Shown here piece after piece: positions 51,690 through 64,000 of a stretch of 64,000 bases of DNA. Source of the stretch: Utricularia gibba (lineage: Eukaryota > Plantae > Magnoliophyta); assembly GCA_002189035.1 (NCBI GenBank), contig NEEC01000017.1, positions 248,001 to 312,000 of the forward strand. The letters run 5' to 3'. Position 1 is the stretch's first letter. Each line of letters starts with the position of its first letter. Both the position numbers and the translations under genes were made by a program. The notes beneath the pieces were generated by a model. The model worked only from the letters and a program-made list of their open reading frames with translations. It did no database searches and was not told where the DNA came from.

Positions 51690-52083
51690 GTGAAAATATC
51701 GGTGATATTATGATTTGGAGATAATATATGTCATCCAGACAACAACTTGTCGATATTTTCACCAAAACATTAGATTACTCTCCATTCCGTTCTAAGCTTG
51801 GTTTGTGTCCCACCTCCCCGCTTGAGGAGGGGGTCAGACAAAACCTGCTCTCCATGCTAAGCCACTTCTTCCCAAACACGTGATCATCAGTTGGTTACGG
51901 GAGATATTTTATTCTTTATGATAATTAGTTAGTTGCTTATAAATATACATTAGTTGATGTTTTCTTGTGTGACTTTGATACAATTTTAAATTACAATTCT
52001 CATTCTCTCTTCTACACAATATCAATTGAATCGTCTCAATTGTAGAGTGCATTCCAATCAGTTTGATTTCTATCTTAACTTGT
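51690..52083 (+). mobile_element. Copia 3' end: RNase H tail, PPT and ~250-bp LTR
   Basis: 'VSSRQQLVDIFTKTL...FRSKLGL'-like coding tail, PPT GAGGAGGGGG at 51824-51833, then an LTR-like segment with a TATA-like TATAAATA. Confidence 0.7.
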
Positions 52084-52221
52084 CCTAGCTACAAGAAGTA
52101 AATCAAGTCTTGGAATGTTAATCCCTGTTCAATTAGGACGAAGATGGTTGGGGTTTCAAAGGCCCAAAATATTCTTTGAAGTACGTTTCTCTACTACAAG
52201 GCAGGATTTGCTGGAGTAGCA

Positions 52222-53045
52222 TCAGATTCGAGGGGAAAGCCAAGAAGCAAATGCTACCAGCGGGGGCATGAGTAATAGGCCACACTTCACTAACCTTTCT
52301 GTTTCAGAGTTCCAAGTTTGGGAGAATGGGCACCTAACTTGTGCATCCTGCAAGGCAACACACGCATCAGTTGTACTAGAACCCTATGACCGGATGTTAG
52401 GTGATGAGATGATTGAACGCTACAAGTGACGCGGGGTGAATAACAAAAACTCACAGCAGCTTTAGGAATGATGGGATCTTGCTGAAGATCGAGGTCTTCG
52501 AGAGCTCTTCGGGTGTCAGGTTCCTGGAAAGAGGACTGAATTTTCGGGTCCTTCAAGCGTTTGGCAGGAAGGAGATACGGGGACTCTGTGATTATTGTTT
52601 CCATGACGGAGCCAAAGAAGTTGGTCACAGGAACCTAATGTTCGTTGCCGACGCAGATTAGGAAGCTGGTTTCTTTTTTTATTATATTTGAAAATCCTGA
52701 ACAAAAGCCTCCCAGAATTGTATGTACCTCATCCAACCGCCGTTGGTACAGATCTGTTCGATAATATGCAGTCGACATCAGCAGGCTGGGTTTGTAGGAT
52801 CTGAATAGGCTGCAAAAAGAATGGTTTCGTGTGAGAAAGACACATACAACAACCATCATAAAATTTGCTTGGGTAATGCTTTAGTTCATTTTCCTATACC
52901 TGCTTAGCGATGCATTGTCGTGCATATTTAATCTCTCAAAGAAAGCAAGGGTATAGAATGTGAAACGGTCCACAACAGAAACACCAACCTATCAAAGGAT
53001 GTAAATCTTGTTGTACGAATGAGAACTCAAAACGTCAGTGCTTAC

Positions 53046-53077
<32 letters not shown>

Positions 53078-54406
53078 TGCAATCAAACTTACATCCGGAT
53101 CCAAGTGATGAGAATACGAATTCTCCCCCTTCTTGCTACTTCCTATCGCTAAAACCCCAGGTGAGTGGAGCTGTCATTTTTATGAAATTGATTCAGAAGG
53201 TGATATCCCAAAAGATAACACATTCAGTATTTCATTGGCCAAGGTACCGGTTTTAAATAGTTGCTCAGAACCGCTTACTTGGTTAAAAAGTGTGGCTGCT
53301 TGGCAGGTGTCAACCACTATCAGCAGTTCTTTAAACCTGATGATGAAAAAAATTTAAGAAAACAACAAATGAAAAAGGAATACCTTTCAGTTGAACGCAC
53401 CAATGCATTCACAGATCATAGTTTACTTCAAAAACTCGATATACATTGTAATAAAGTGAGGAAAAACCTTTTCTTTTCCTTCATTTGTTTCACAGCATCA
53501 GCCAAATCATGGCTCTGAAGTTCCTCCGAGTCCTGAAACTTGAGGAACTCATTGCCACCATGACCAGTCATGTAAAGAAGTATGTGACTGCCTTCATCGC
53601 TCAGGAGTCTTTTTGATCGCGGGACTGATGTTTCATGACGTCCAGTTAATACTCGCAAAAAATTTTCAACAGTCACCTCATAACCTCTATAATCAACCTA
53701 GAAGGAAAAGCAGGTCTTTGATATTTCTAGAAAAAAAAAAAAAAACTAGACGCGAGTTAAGAGCTTATTAACATTAGTACGTTGCAATAATTCTAAGCTC
53801 ACCTCAACATTATCCCCATATAAATTAAGGCGGTGATTTTCATTGTTAAAGACCTGGGCAGGATACTTGTTCCGAGCATTGCAAGCCATATCATCAGCCA
53901 ACATAAGAATTATCCTCTCATCAGGTATTCCTAACCGTTTCACTGTCCTATAGACAACCAGCGCATAATATACAAGAATTCAAAACATTATTCACCGAAT
54001 CTGAAAATGTACGACACTAAAGCTTCATTTTCATTTACCTGTACAAAGACAAGGTATTAGCCATGTGACGATAGTTAAACCTGAAAGAAAACACAACTGT
54101 CAGCGAACAAATTCAAATGCTACAGTAAAGGGAGATGAAACCGGCTTCCAAGCACATCTTCATTGACGTCTGAACTGCTAAAATTACATCGAAAAAACAG
54201 CAACAGTGCCACTCGAATGCAATAAAAGGATTGAAGAGAGAACTATGGTAAAAATAGTACCAGAAGCGAGAGGTACAAACAAGAACGGCCCAATTATTCG
54301 TATGCATAGTAGAAGAGGAAGATGGATCCAATGCGCTGGACTGCTGGCAAAGAAGCACAACGGTCAAGACCGCTAAAAATGTTGGGAAGCTCAGCCAACA
54401 CCTCAT
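52222..54406 (-). CDS. GPI8: GPI-anchor transamidase catalytic subunit (peptidase C13), 10 exons, intact
   Basis: '[29 protein letters not shown]', catalytic 'TGHGG' and 'DTCQA', C-terminal hydrophobic anchor. Exons 54406-54261, 54080-54039, 53947-53803, 53697-53468, 53336-53279, 53170-53093, 52988-52900, 52809-52728, 52634-52455, 52347-52222. An in-frame upstream ATG at 54451 is possible. Confidence 0.95.
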
Positions 54407-54749
54407 TTTTGTAAAAACAATTCCTGCGAGCAACTTGTAGTTTCTTTTCACTGTATCTCCCCACCATCCAGTTTACGAAACACCTACGATTTCCCGGGAA
54501 GATTGCTACTCCTTGACAGCGAACAGCAACACCCCTATACATGAACCACAAAACAAAATTAAAAAAGAAATTTACAAATCAAAGTGAATTAGAAAGAAGA
54601 GTGAAGGGAAGATCCAGCAGAACTTGAGAGCGGCGGCCGATGAGTTAGGAAAGCTCCAGTTACTTATTTCAAGGAAGCTCAGAGAATGAACAATCGTGGA
54701 TCAAAAATCACATTCTTTAACAACAAACATACACGTTGATCATCCACAG

Positions 54750-55100
54750 GAAGAAATCGAAAGCGCATTCCCTCGGCTGAGGCTGGGAAACTTCGTCTTC
54801 GGTCCAAAACGACGTCGCTTGCGCTGAGTCCACGTAGCGAGGACGCTTTCAATAGCAACCGTGGCCGCTCCGGATGTAGGAGACCCCCGTGTCGAATGCT
54901 ACTGGAAAATTGAAATTAATGCATTTTGTGAAATTGTGAGTGGGGGATTTACTCATTTAAATAGTTCGGGGAATTTATTTTTTTTCATTTAAAAAAATTC
55001 AAATTTGGAAACGACAAAGGAAAGAGGTCAAAGGGGAATTAATCTGAAGATTAGGTTAATATTGTTTTTATATTGATAATCAGCCAATGAGGTGCTGTGG
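54750..55100. promoter_or_regulatory. Probable short bidirectional promoter between GPI8 and the transporter
   Basis: Head-to-head genes; apparent 5'UTR exons end near 54750 and begin near 55050-55100; ACGT cores at ~54811 and ~54832. Transcription starts are inferred. Confidence 0.45.
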
Positions 55101-55835
55101 TGGATGAAACTTTCATGGAGAGAACCAGGACGAGGCAAATCAACTGACGACAGGAACTCAATCACTCACCCGACGACAAGAAAGCAGACGCGTTGCCGGA
55201 ACGGTTACCGGTTGACACCGTCTGTCCTTTCTGCTGGTGATTTGTAAGTGAAACAAGCCGGGGATTGCGATGTTGGCGCCTTCTTTGGATCTTAGTTGTA
55301 TGAGAGTCTTACTTGTCGGTTATTTCTGATCCTGATCTGGATTCGTATGTCCCTTTATGCATTCGCTTGCTTTTGATTATCGTGGCTTTGGGCTTGCAGC
55401 TTTCTTATTTCCGATCAGACTCCTGGTAGAAAAGTTGTCCTTTTGCGCCTGCGTGAATGCTGCTTTCTGATTAGGATCATTAATGTTTCTAAGTGTTTTA
55501 ATTCTGTGAAAAAAGTCAGATTTGGGGCAGCTGGTCTGGTACTGATTGGAAGCTGCCAGTTCCGATGCTTATATTTTGGTTGTTGCTGATTCTGTCCAAC
55601 GGCGGCTGAAGAAACAAGTACTGGCGTCAATTTTGCGTTACAGTGTTGAGGGAATGGAGTGAAAGTAAATATACAGAGGAATTCAGTTTTTGATTGAGGT
55701 AGCGAGTTGAGAGCGTTCACTCTCTTGCTGGAGGGGGATGGATTCTTCATCCGGCGTGGCTCGTAGATCAATAGTATTTTGATTTCAAGAAACTCATGTA
55801 CCAAATAGAGGTTGTGGTCCAGTAACATTCAACAA

Positions 55836-58152
55836 ATGGAGCATACTGGAGCTGATAATCATACTTCCACAGATACTTTGAACAATCAAAAGGAGAGATA
55901 TATCCCTCTGGATATAGAAAATGGATCGACGAGTTTAGACATTGATTATTCTCAGAAGAAGTTGCAGAACCCGATCTCTGTTGCTGATGTGGTGAAAACA
56001 GTTTTGCTTATATTGGTTTGGTATACGTCTAGCACGTTTTTGACCCTGTAAGTAATGCTCTATGTTCTGACGAACTCATTGCGTATCCTATGTGTTCCAT
56101 GCTTAATTTCTGCTTCTAAGTTAGGTGAATTTCTCTTCTGAGCAGGTATAATAAAGCTTTGTTAGGGGATGACATGGGGAAATTCCCTGCGCCCTTATTA
56201 ATGAACACTGTCCACTTTGCTATGCAAGCTTTGTTGTCAAGGGCCATTACTTGGTTTTGCTCCAACAGATTTCATCCGCCAAATATGTCATGGAGGGATT
56301 ACTTTTTTAGAGGTCAGAGATCTTTTTTTAGCATGGTCTTTTCTGTGTTTCGAAGTTCTTCTTTTTGGCTGTTTTTTTTTCATTTAATATTGATCTCCGC
56401 GTTAATGTGCTAATTCATGTGCATGATATGAATATATTGTGCAGCTTGTTTCTCTGATAACTAATGATACCGATAGTTCTTGCCTTTCACAGTTGTTCCA
56501 ACTGCTATAAGCACTGCAATGGATGTAAATCTGAGCAATGTATCCTTGGTTTTCATCACAGTCACATTTGCCACTATGGTAGATATTCACCTACTACCAA
56601 ATTAAATCACGGTGCATGCCTTGTCTGAATAAGGAAACGCATTTATTCAGTGAACCTTTTTTGCTTTTCTCGTGCAGTGTAAATCAGCATCACCAATATT
56701 TCTCCTCCTCTTTGCTTTCGCTTTCAGGTACTTCTAAGAATTTATTAAATAGTTTCAAACTTCCTGTGTATTTTGAAGTTTTTATACGAATCTTATACCC
56801 TTCACGTAGATTGGAATCTCCTAGCCTTAAGCTGTTTGGTATCATCTTAATTATTTCAGCAGGGTAATGTTAACAGGTATGTATGCCTTCATGCTTTATT
56901 CTTCTTCTAATTTGTTATCCTCCTGGACATGCATGAGCACTGAATACAAAATGGGAAACATGTCCCACAAAATACATTATGAATATTTTCTTTTAACGTT
57001 TTGGCTCCACAACACAGTTGCAAGAGAGACACAATTTGAATTCTGGGGTTTCCTTTTCATTATGTTTGCGGCTGTGATGTCTGGTTTTCGCTGGTCAATG
57101 ACCCAGATTCTTCTTCAGGTATTCAACAGTACTCCATATGCATAGCTTTTTGTTTATTTTTGAAATTGACTGTGTACCCAGTGTTCTCACTGCGTGCCTT
57201 TATTCTTTTCTTGGGAAAATTCTGATATCAAACCGGCATGAAGAAAGAAGTCTATGGTGAGTGTTAATCTGAACCGCTGTGGAATTTGACCTTGAAATAG
57301 CAAAAGAAAAAGCAGAAATGAACTTTAGAAAATTCTGATTCTTGGAATGGTCCAATGCCCTCAAAAATCTTGATTCCGTATTCTCCCATGAAGGTCTCAA
57401 AAATCCACTTACTTTGATGAGCTATTTGACCCCCATCATGGCGATTGCAACTGCTCTACTTTCTTTGGCATTGGATCCATGGAAAGAGTTCAGGACTAGC
57501 AACTACTTTAGCAGCTCCTGGCAAACAATGAGGAGTTGTTTTTTGATGGTGTTTGGTGGAACTCTAGCCTTCTTCATGGTAAAAATGATTTTGATACTGC
57601 ACTGTTATCCCTCTCATATTGGATGAAGGCTGGACGAGTTGCTCTCTTTCCAGGTGTTAACAGAGTACATTCTCGTGTCAGTGACCAGTGCAGTAACCGT
57701 AACAATAGCTGGGGTTGTGAAAGAAGCTGTTACAATTGTGGTACAAATATCTGGGGCACCATAAACTCACGATTTTGAGGCTTTTATTCGTGACAGCGAA
57801 ATAAGTTGAAATTATAGAGGCCGTGACATTTGTTTTTCTCTGCTCTTAGGTTGCTGTGTTTTACTTCCACGACAAGTTCACCTGGATGAAGGGAGCTGGC
57901 TTGTTGACAATAATGGTTGGTGTCAGTTTATTCAACTGGTACAAGTAAGTTATCATACCTGAAACCCTTTAAAAGCAGCACTCCCTTCCAGGGGACGAAT
58001 TTCAGCTTCCCACGTGAACCTTGTTTGCCAGATACCAGAAGTTACACAAGGGTGAGGCACATCCCAGTTCTCCATCGGCTGCTGAGAAGCCACAATATGT
58101 TATTCTTGACGAGATGGACGACGATGAGGAGGAAGAAGAACATCTCTCCTGA
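55836..58152 (+). CDS. SLC35C2-like / TPT-family probable nucleotide-sugar or sugar-phosphate transporter, 11 coding exons, one -1 frameshift as assembled
   Basis: 'VWYTSSTFLTLYNKALLG...FPAPLLMNTVHFAMQ', 'CKSASPIFLLLFAF', 'SGFRWSMTQILLQKEVYGLKNPLTLMSY', 'TSAVTVTIAGVVKEAVTI'. Exons 55836-56047, 56146-56312, 56493-56578, 56678-56727, 56810-56877, 57018-57118, 57244-57256, 57394-57578, 57654-57740, 57850-57944, 58032-58152. Confidence 0.9.
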
Positions 58153-59879
58153 ATGGCTCAAGCCTCCGGCACAGAGGACAACCTCTACCTCGTCAATATA
58201 CAGTACAGTCGCCCTCAAAGCTTCTGCTTGACTATACATTCCATTCGTTTGAAATTTTTGACATTCTTCGTGTAGATTATTCCACAAAACCTTCCCCACT
58301 TTTCTATTCGATTTATCTAGTTTCACACGGAAACAGACAGGGTTGCAGTAACTGTAGGTGGTTGGCAAGGATTTGGATTTGTCAGCATTGGCTGTATGAG
58401 ATGAATCTAGCAGAAAAGGACAAGTTAATTGGTGAAGCGGATATTGTTAGGAGAGATTCTTGGTAAAATAATTAGGTTTGGTTTGATATTTGCAGCAATT
58501 AAGTTTATTAAGAGTATTTGCAAAGTAGTTACGATATATATGTATAAACTTATGTACTCAACGGCAAATCTTTGTTGATTTTTTTTTTTGTAATGATATT
58601 TAAAAATTATTCAATCGTTAAAATAATTACTTTATTATTTCTTTAATATCTGATGACAATACATGAATTATGTCGAGTGTCCAAATAAAGTACATTTATT
58701 GTGATTGAGAGTGAGTTTATTTTTTATATTATTTTTTAGTTTCAAAAATTGCAAATTAAATTTAATAATAATTTAAGGCATTCGACCTAAATAGATACAA
58801 AACGTTGAGTACAATTATTTTTATTAATTACAAAGCACTCGAAAACATCCTTTCATAACCGTCAAGTGTGATTATGTTTGTTATATTAATTATAATATTT
58901 TAAAAAATCAATATCAATTTGTAGACAATCAACACTTTAACTTGATTTTCATAAGATATCTTATTTCTGATTTAAGTAAACATTTTAAACAAGATAAATT
59001 AATTAATATCTATTGATTAAAAAATAAATTTAAAGATCATATTTTATTTTACAATGGTTTTCACATAATATTTTTTTATGATTTTCTTGAATATTATAAT
59101 ACATAAATAAAAATCTTTTCATAATATATTTTATCAAAATAATTTAATAACTTATATATAAAATACTGTTAAAATCATTTCAAAGATTCGAAATTAAAAT
59201 TGTTGAATAACCATTATAAGTAGAAAAGTAGATTGAGGGAATGATCTTGCTATGTACTCAAATAGATCTAGATTGAATGTCAATGTGAGTTTTAATGATT
59301 GTAAAGCATATGATAAATAATATCTACTAATTTGAGCCAATGGAATTTTAGGAGTTAGTGATATCCCTAAATGATCGATACCTAAATTAGGAGTTGTGAT
59401 TAACATAAACATCAATTGATATTAGATTTGTATCTACTTGCAGCTCGAAACCAGAATCAAGACATAATGATTTCTGATTAAATCGTATAGATGCGATTTG
59501 AACCGCAGTTTTAAAAATGTGTTTCTAAACACCCATATCGACCATTGTGGGTGCTTGAAGAAATATTTATAGACACCAATAACACTTGATATGGGAGCTT
59601 GGAGTAAGCGTTTCCAACATCCTACTTATGAAAACTTGTCTAATTAATAACTTAATTAGGTCACAAAGCATCTCATAATAATTCTAAAAACAGAATTACA
59701 TTATGGGTTTACGTAATTACAACCGAACCATAATTCTCACTTTTAATACACGCTTAATTAATGTATGGATGCCTGAAATAAGTGTTTTTGACACCCCCAC
59801 AGTAGTGTATATGGGTGCCAAATGAAAACTTGTGTAATTAATGACTTAATTAATGCCACATTAATCTCTATATTTAGTG

Positions 59880-61613
59880 TATATGTCATGTGCTGGTTTT
59901 TCATGGAAGACTAATTATCAAGAAAATCTGCAGACCATAAAAACAAAGGGTCAGAAAAGCATCATCACAAGAAAAGCGATGAGATTCATGTTTTGAAAAG
60001 CAACACATAATAAAAAAGTATGTGTAGACGGCAAAGTAAAAAGAATAGAGAGGTTACAGAAACAAATAAAAGGAGTTTAGGGTTCATTGGAGGAATAATA
60101 AGACTAGTGCCAGCTCACACTTCACATATAAAGAGGGGAAGTAACAAGCATTTAAGTTGAACCTGAAATTTTCCTTGAATTTCGATCTCTGTAAAAACAA
60201 GAGAAGAGAAAAAAAAACTAGTAAACAATGACAACTAGTATTCTTTAGAGTTCACAATATGTTATATTTGCTTGTTTAATCTTTGGATACACCTTTCATG
60301 ATGAAATTGTCATGTATTGAGCAGCCACCTGACTTGCACACTAGCACTTTTTCTATTCATGCATTTTTGACTTAAATGCTAAGAATCTGCATCGCTCTTT
60401 GTGAAATTCCTCAAATGTTTAGCTATTGTTAGTCTTAGTTAGGACTTGATATGTAGTGTCATTATAATATAATGTGATAATACTTATTTTTGAGTGCTTT
60501 ACATAGAAAAATGATTAGTAATTTGTTACAAAAATCAGATTTTATTATGTATTTCTATATTTTCGTGACTAGCAGTAATGTTTGCATCTTTTGCTCCTAA
60601 TTGGCATGAAATCTTGGATTTAGTCTCAATTTTAGTTTTGACCACTTTCTTGAGCAATGCAATATGCTTTTGGGAATGCAAATCCCAATGAGCCAAAAAG
60701 TGTATAGTGAAAGCAACATGAAAAGAGGATAAAGCCAAATAAAATACACCAAATCCCAAGGTGAAGAAAAAATTGGATTTTGGAAATGATGAAGAAAAAG
60801 AATGAAGGAAATTTCACCAACCACTTCCATGAACACACATACACTTTTGGGCGGGCATCTATGCATAAAAACCAAAAAGAACAAAGAAGGCAAATCAGGA
60901 ATCAAGTAGAATTTTGAAAACTTCTTTTACTTATAAAGAACATCACTTCTAACTAGGAGTAATTTTAGTTTTTTTCGCACAAACTATTTATAATTATAGT
61001 TACTGTTTATGTTATTATTTCTTTTTTTGCTATTAAGTTGTGAAACAAAGATGATGTTTATGTAATGTTATGAAAATGTTTTATTTTTCCTTACTATGAG
61101 TAGTGTACCAATTTTTCTTTTAACCATGTTAGCCATAAATCACATTAATTCCATAATAAATGAGGATAGATCCAAGAGACTGAGGTAGTGACAATTATCT
61201 TAAATAATCTTAATTAGAGGTAGATCAAAGATTAAGGGAAAACAAGAGTTCAAGTAGATCTAATTTTTTGTTTGTTATATGTATGATTTGTAGTTTAGAT
61301 GAAGCTATTTTAGTGATGAGCATGCTCTCCTTGGAAGTCCTAAGGCATTACCTTGATTAATTTTAAATAAAGATTTATTTTTATCTATTTAGTGTCTTTC
61401 TGCATATTATAATGAAATTACTAGTCTTAGCTTAGACTAAATCTTTCATCTCTGATGAAAACTAAATACATTGATTTTCACATAGCAAGCACATAGTTCC
61501 CTGTATTCGATCTTAATCCATTATACTCATATTTATTGTATGATTAGGTTTATAAATTTTATTTTATAGGAAAATTTATATATTTACAATATGTGCAAAA
61601 TTTTCATTTATCA
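59880..61613 (+). mobile_element. Possible gypsy-type (Athila/Tat-like) LTR remnant
   Basis: TATA-like segment near 60128, GTTCCCTGTATTCGATC near 61497 resembling the gypsy U5 motif, and a ...TTATCA end. No TSD found; boundaries are guesses. Confidence 0.3.
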
Positions 61614-62227
61614 ACTCCCAACCCTTGTAGGTTCAATAGAGTTTGCACTAAGCAAAAGTATCCACTGTAGTTTACGATTGTTATTATTATCATTTTTAAA
61701 AGAGTTATTAGAATGGTTGGAGATACTTTTGTCCCATTTGACTCCACGGTCTATTGGATATGTGTTGACATATATGAATATTTGCATTGAGTTGTGTCTT
61801 GAAGTGAAACTTCGACACTTTTCTTTTTTGCTGTGAGTGTATATTATAGGACTCAATACAACTATCACTATACACATAAGGGAAAAAAGGTATGTTATTA
61901 GTAAAATAGGTAAAGAGAGGATTCAAAAAATGGTACACCAATTTCATTTGAATCCATCCTTTAATTGAACAAAAATTTTCCCAAAGGCACATTAAACAAC
62001 ATCAAAGGTAACTGCTTTAATGTACATCTAGGAGAAATTTGACAGAAAATATGTCATTACTTTTTTCACATTCTTTTTGTAGGATTTGGTTTTGAATAAA
62101 GTAATGCACAAGATTGCATATATCTCTTTTCAAGCATGTAAAAGAATTTAAGTGATATTCTACCATCATTTGTGGATGTTTTAGGGACAAAACGATACTG
62201 TTACGGTGTTTTGAAGAACCCGAGATC

Positions 62228-62801
62228 TAGGATGTTATCATGAACGAACAACTCGTGTTCGAATTGTGTTCAACTCAATTAAAATCGTTTATGTTTGTTT
62301 GAATAGTATAAATAAATGAACACAAACAAAATTCATGTTCGATTATGTTCGACTGTGTTTGATTATACTGTATAATATTATATTAAAATTATGCATTTTG
62401 ATATAAAATATATTATATTAATCAACATATAAATATACTATAATTATTCTACAATATATATAATATTAGAAATTATCTTTTATGTTAGTATTTAGATTAT
62501 TCATGATTTTCTATCATTTTTATCAATTAAAATATATGAAATACTAATTTATATTAAAAATATTATGTTTATATTTATGTTAAAATACTAATTTTTTTAT
62601 TTTTATGTTAAAATATAAATATATTATATTTATTCATGAATGTTCGTGAACGATTGTGAACTTTAAATAAACAAAAATGAACAAAATTTTTGTTCGACTA
62701 ACTTAAATAAATGAACACGAACAATTTTTTTGTTCGATAAAGTTATACAAACTAACACAAACATAGGTGTGCGTGTTCATTTGTTCGATATAACATCCCT
62801 A
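62228..62801. mobile_element. Non-autonomous hAT / MITE (574 bp), TIR TAG(G)GATGTT, 8-bp TSD CCGAGATC
   Basis: CCGAGATC at 62220-27 and 62802-09; TAGGATGTT...AACATCCCTA ends; subterminal GTTCG/CGAAC repeats; AT-rich core. Confidence 0.9.
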
Positions 62802-64000
62802 CCGAGATCTCATAAGAATGATATTGATATGACTAAAGATGAGAGAACATCGGAGGATCGTGATCTAGAGGGAGACCACCATGATGCACATGGGACTCTA
62901 GATGACAGAGTTATATATCTAACGAAGGAGAATGGAGAGCTTTCCTACAAGCTAGAGTGGTATGCGAGCTGTTAGGCCTACACGAACCATATTTTAATGA
63001 TATTGAACCACAATAGAAGCTGATTATCTTGGATGTAAATGATGTGCTCTTAAATATTATGTACAAATATGGACCCTCAAGGTCAATATTCTCTTCGAAC
63101 AAAAATCATATATGATTGATCAAGTATTGCTTTGATTAGCACAACACATGTTTGTATCTTTTATATGCATTTGTGTGATAATACTTTATGAAATGTATTG
63201 GCTTTTTCGTTTAATATATGCAATGTATGTACGTCTATCCATGAGTTTATTAGATGATGCTTGTATAACTTTGATGTAGGCATTTGGTCAACTAATGGCA
63301 AATAATATTTTCGCATTATCTTTTTTTCTTAATAAGAATTGCAAAAAATTCTTAATATATGATGTTTTTTATAGAGATCAGTTACAATCAATCACTCAAT
63401 GGATCTTTCAACCATCATTATTTGACAAACTGTTTTTCGTATAGGATCAATTAATGACTACGGACACAAGTGTTTGTATTCACACCAATTCTGACAACAT
63501 GGTATATTTGAAGAAGTTGAGTCACTTACGGTTTGTGAACCATGAGTTGAATACAAGATATGATGATCACAATACCTTTTTGATTGATGGCTCATTTCAC
63601 AAGTAAATGAGAAATCTGATAAGTTATTTTTTATATTTGCAACTAACATGGACTTTGCTATATATCAAAATTAATCTTTCATTTTTCATGAAAACATTGT
63701 TATTTTTTCAGTTTATTATGCACACACCTATGTTTTCAACCCGGCCATGAATCGATCAAGTTGACCTAGGTTACCCACATCTGAAAGATTTCCAAGCTAG
63801 GTAACTCTAAACTACTCATACCCCACATTTAATTATCTATTTTCCTTTCAATTACCTCTCTTCTCTCCTCGTTATAACAAATCCTCATGTTCTACGAATT
63901 GTTGAAGTAGCTAGAGTTTTAAAAAATCAGTTAAAGCATTTTGTTTCTATTCCAAGTTGATGCACTTACATTTTCTGAGTAAGTATGTTTTTGGCTTTTC

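Noticed and set aside
59628-59852. 31-bp direct repeat ATGAAAACTTGT(C/G)TAATTAAT(A/G)ACTTAATTA
   Set aside because: A small local duplication in low-complexity DNA with no TIR, TSD or other support.
62950-63650. Possible CACTA transposase remnant
   Set aside because: Only vague resemblance; no motif I can stand behind.

Overview
AT-rich eudicot-type plant nuclear DNA (no rRNA, tRNA or CRISPR seen). There are seven host genes: an intronless, C-terminally short BSP-family gene (+, 8.5 kb); an XTH (-, 13.7-14.7 kb, three -1 frameshifts); PROTODERMAL FACTOR 1-like (+, 15.8-16.7 kb); an AGAMOUS-subfamily MADS-box gene of the PLENA/SHATTERPROOF lineage (-, 38.2-41.1 kb, with a GC-AG intron); an ILK-type ankyrin kinase (-, 42.1-44.6 kb); GPI8 transamidase (-, 52.2-54.4 kb); and an SLC35/TPT-family transporter (+, 55.8-58.2 kb, one -1 frameshift, one 13-nt micro-exon). 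About 21 kb between PDF1 and the MADS gene is a nested transposon stack whose insertion order can be read from target-site duplications (hAT, two Copia elements, a PIF/Harbinger, two inverted Angela-like solo LTRs). Two related, degenerate Mutator elements carrying a convergent MuDR transposase plus Plant Mobile Domain gene lie at about 0-6.7 kb and 45.8-51.5 kb. The most unusual signals are a 100-bp-period array of fold-back units behind PDF1, a near-identical ~750-bp core inside two otherwise ~93%-identical inverted solo LTRs, and an inverted ~260-bp LTR-like pair bracketing the second Mutator element. I see no evidence for a wholly new biological system. All identities and alignments were estimated by eye, and Arabidopsis gene-order statements are from memory.
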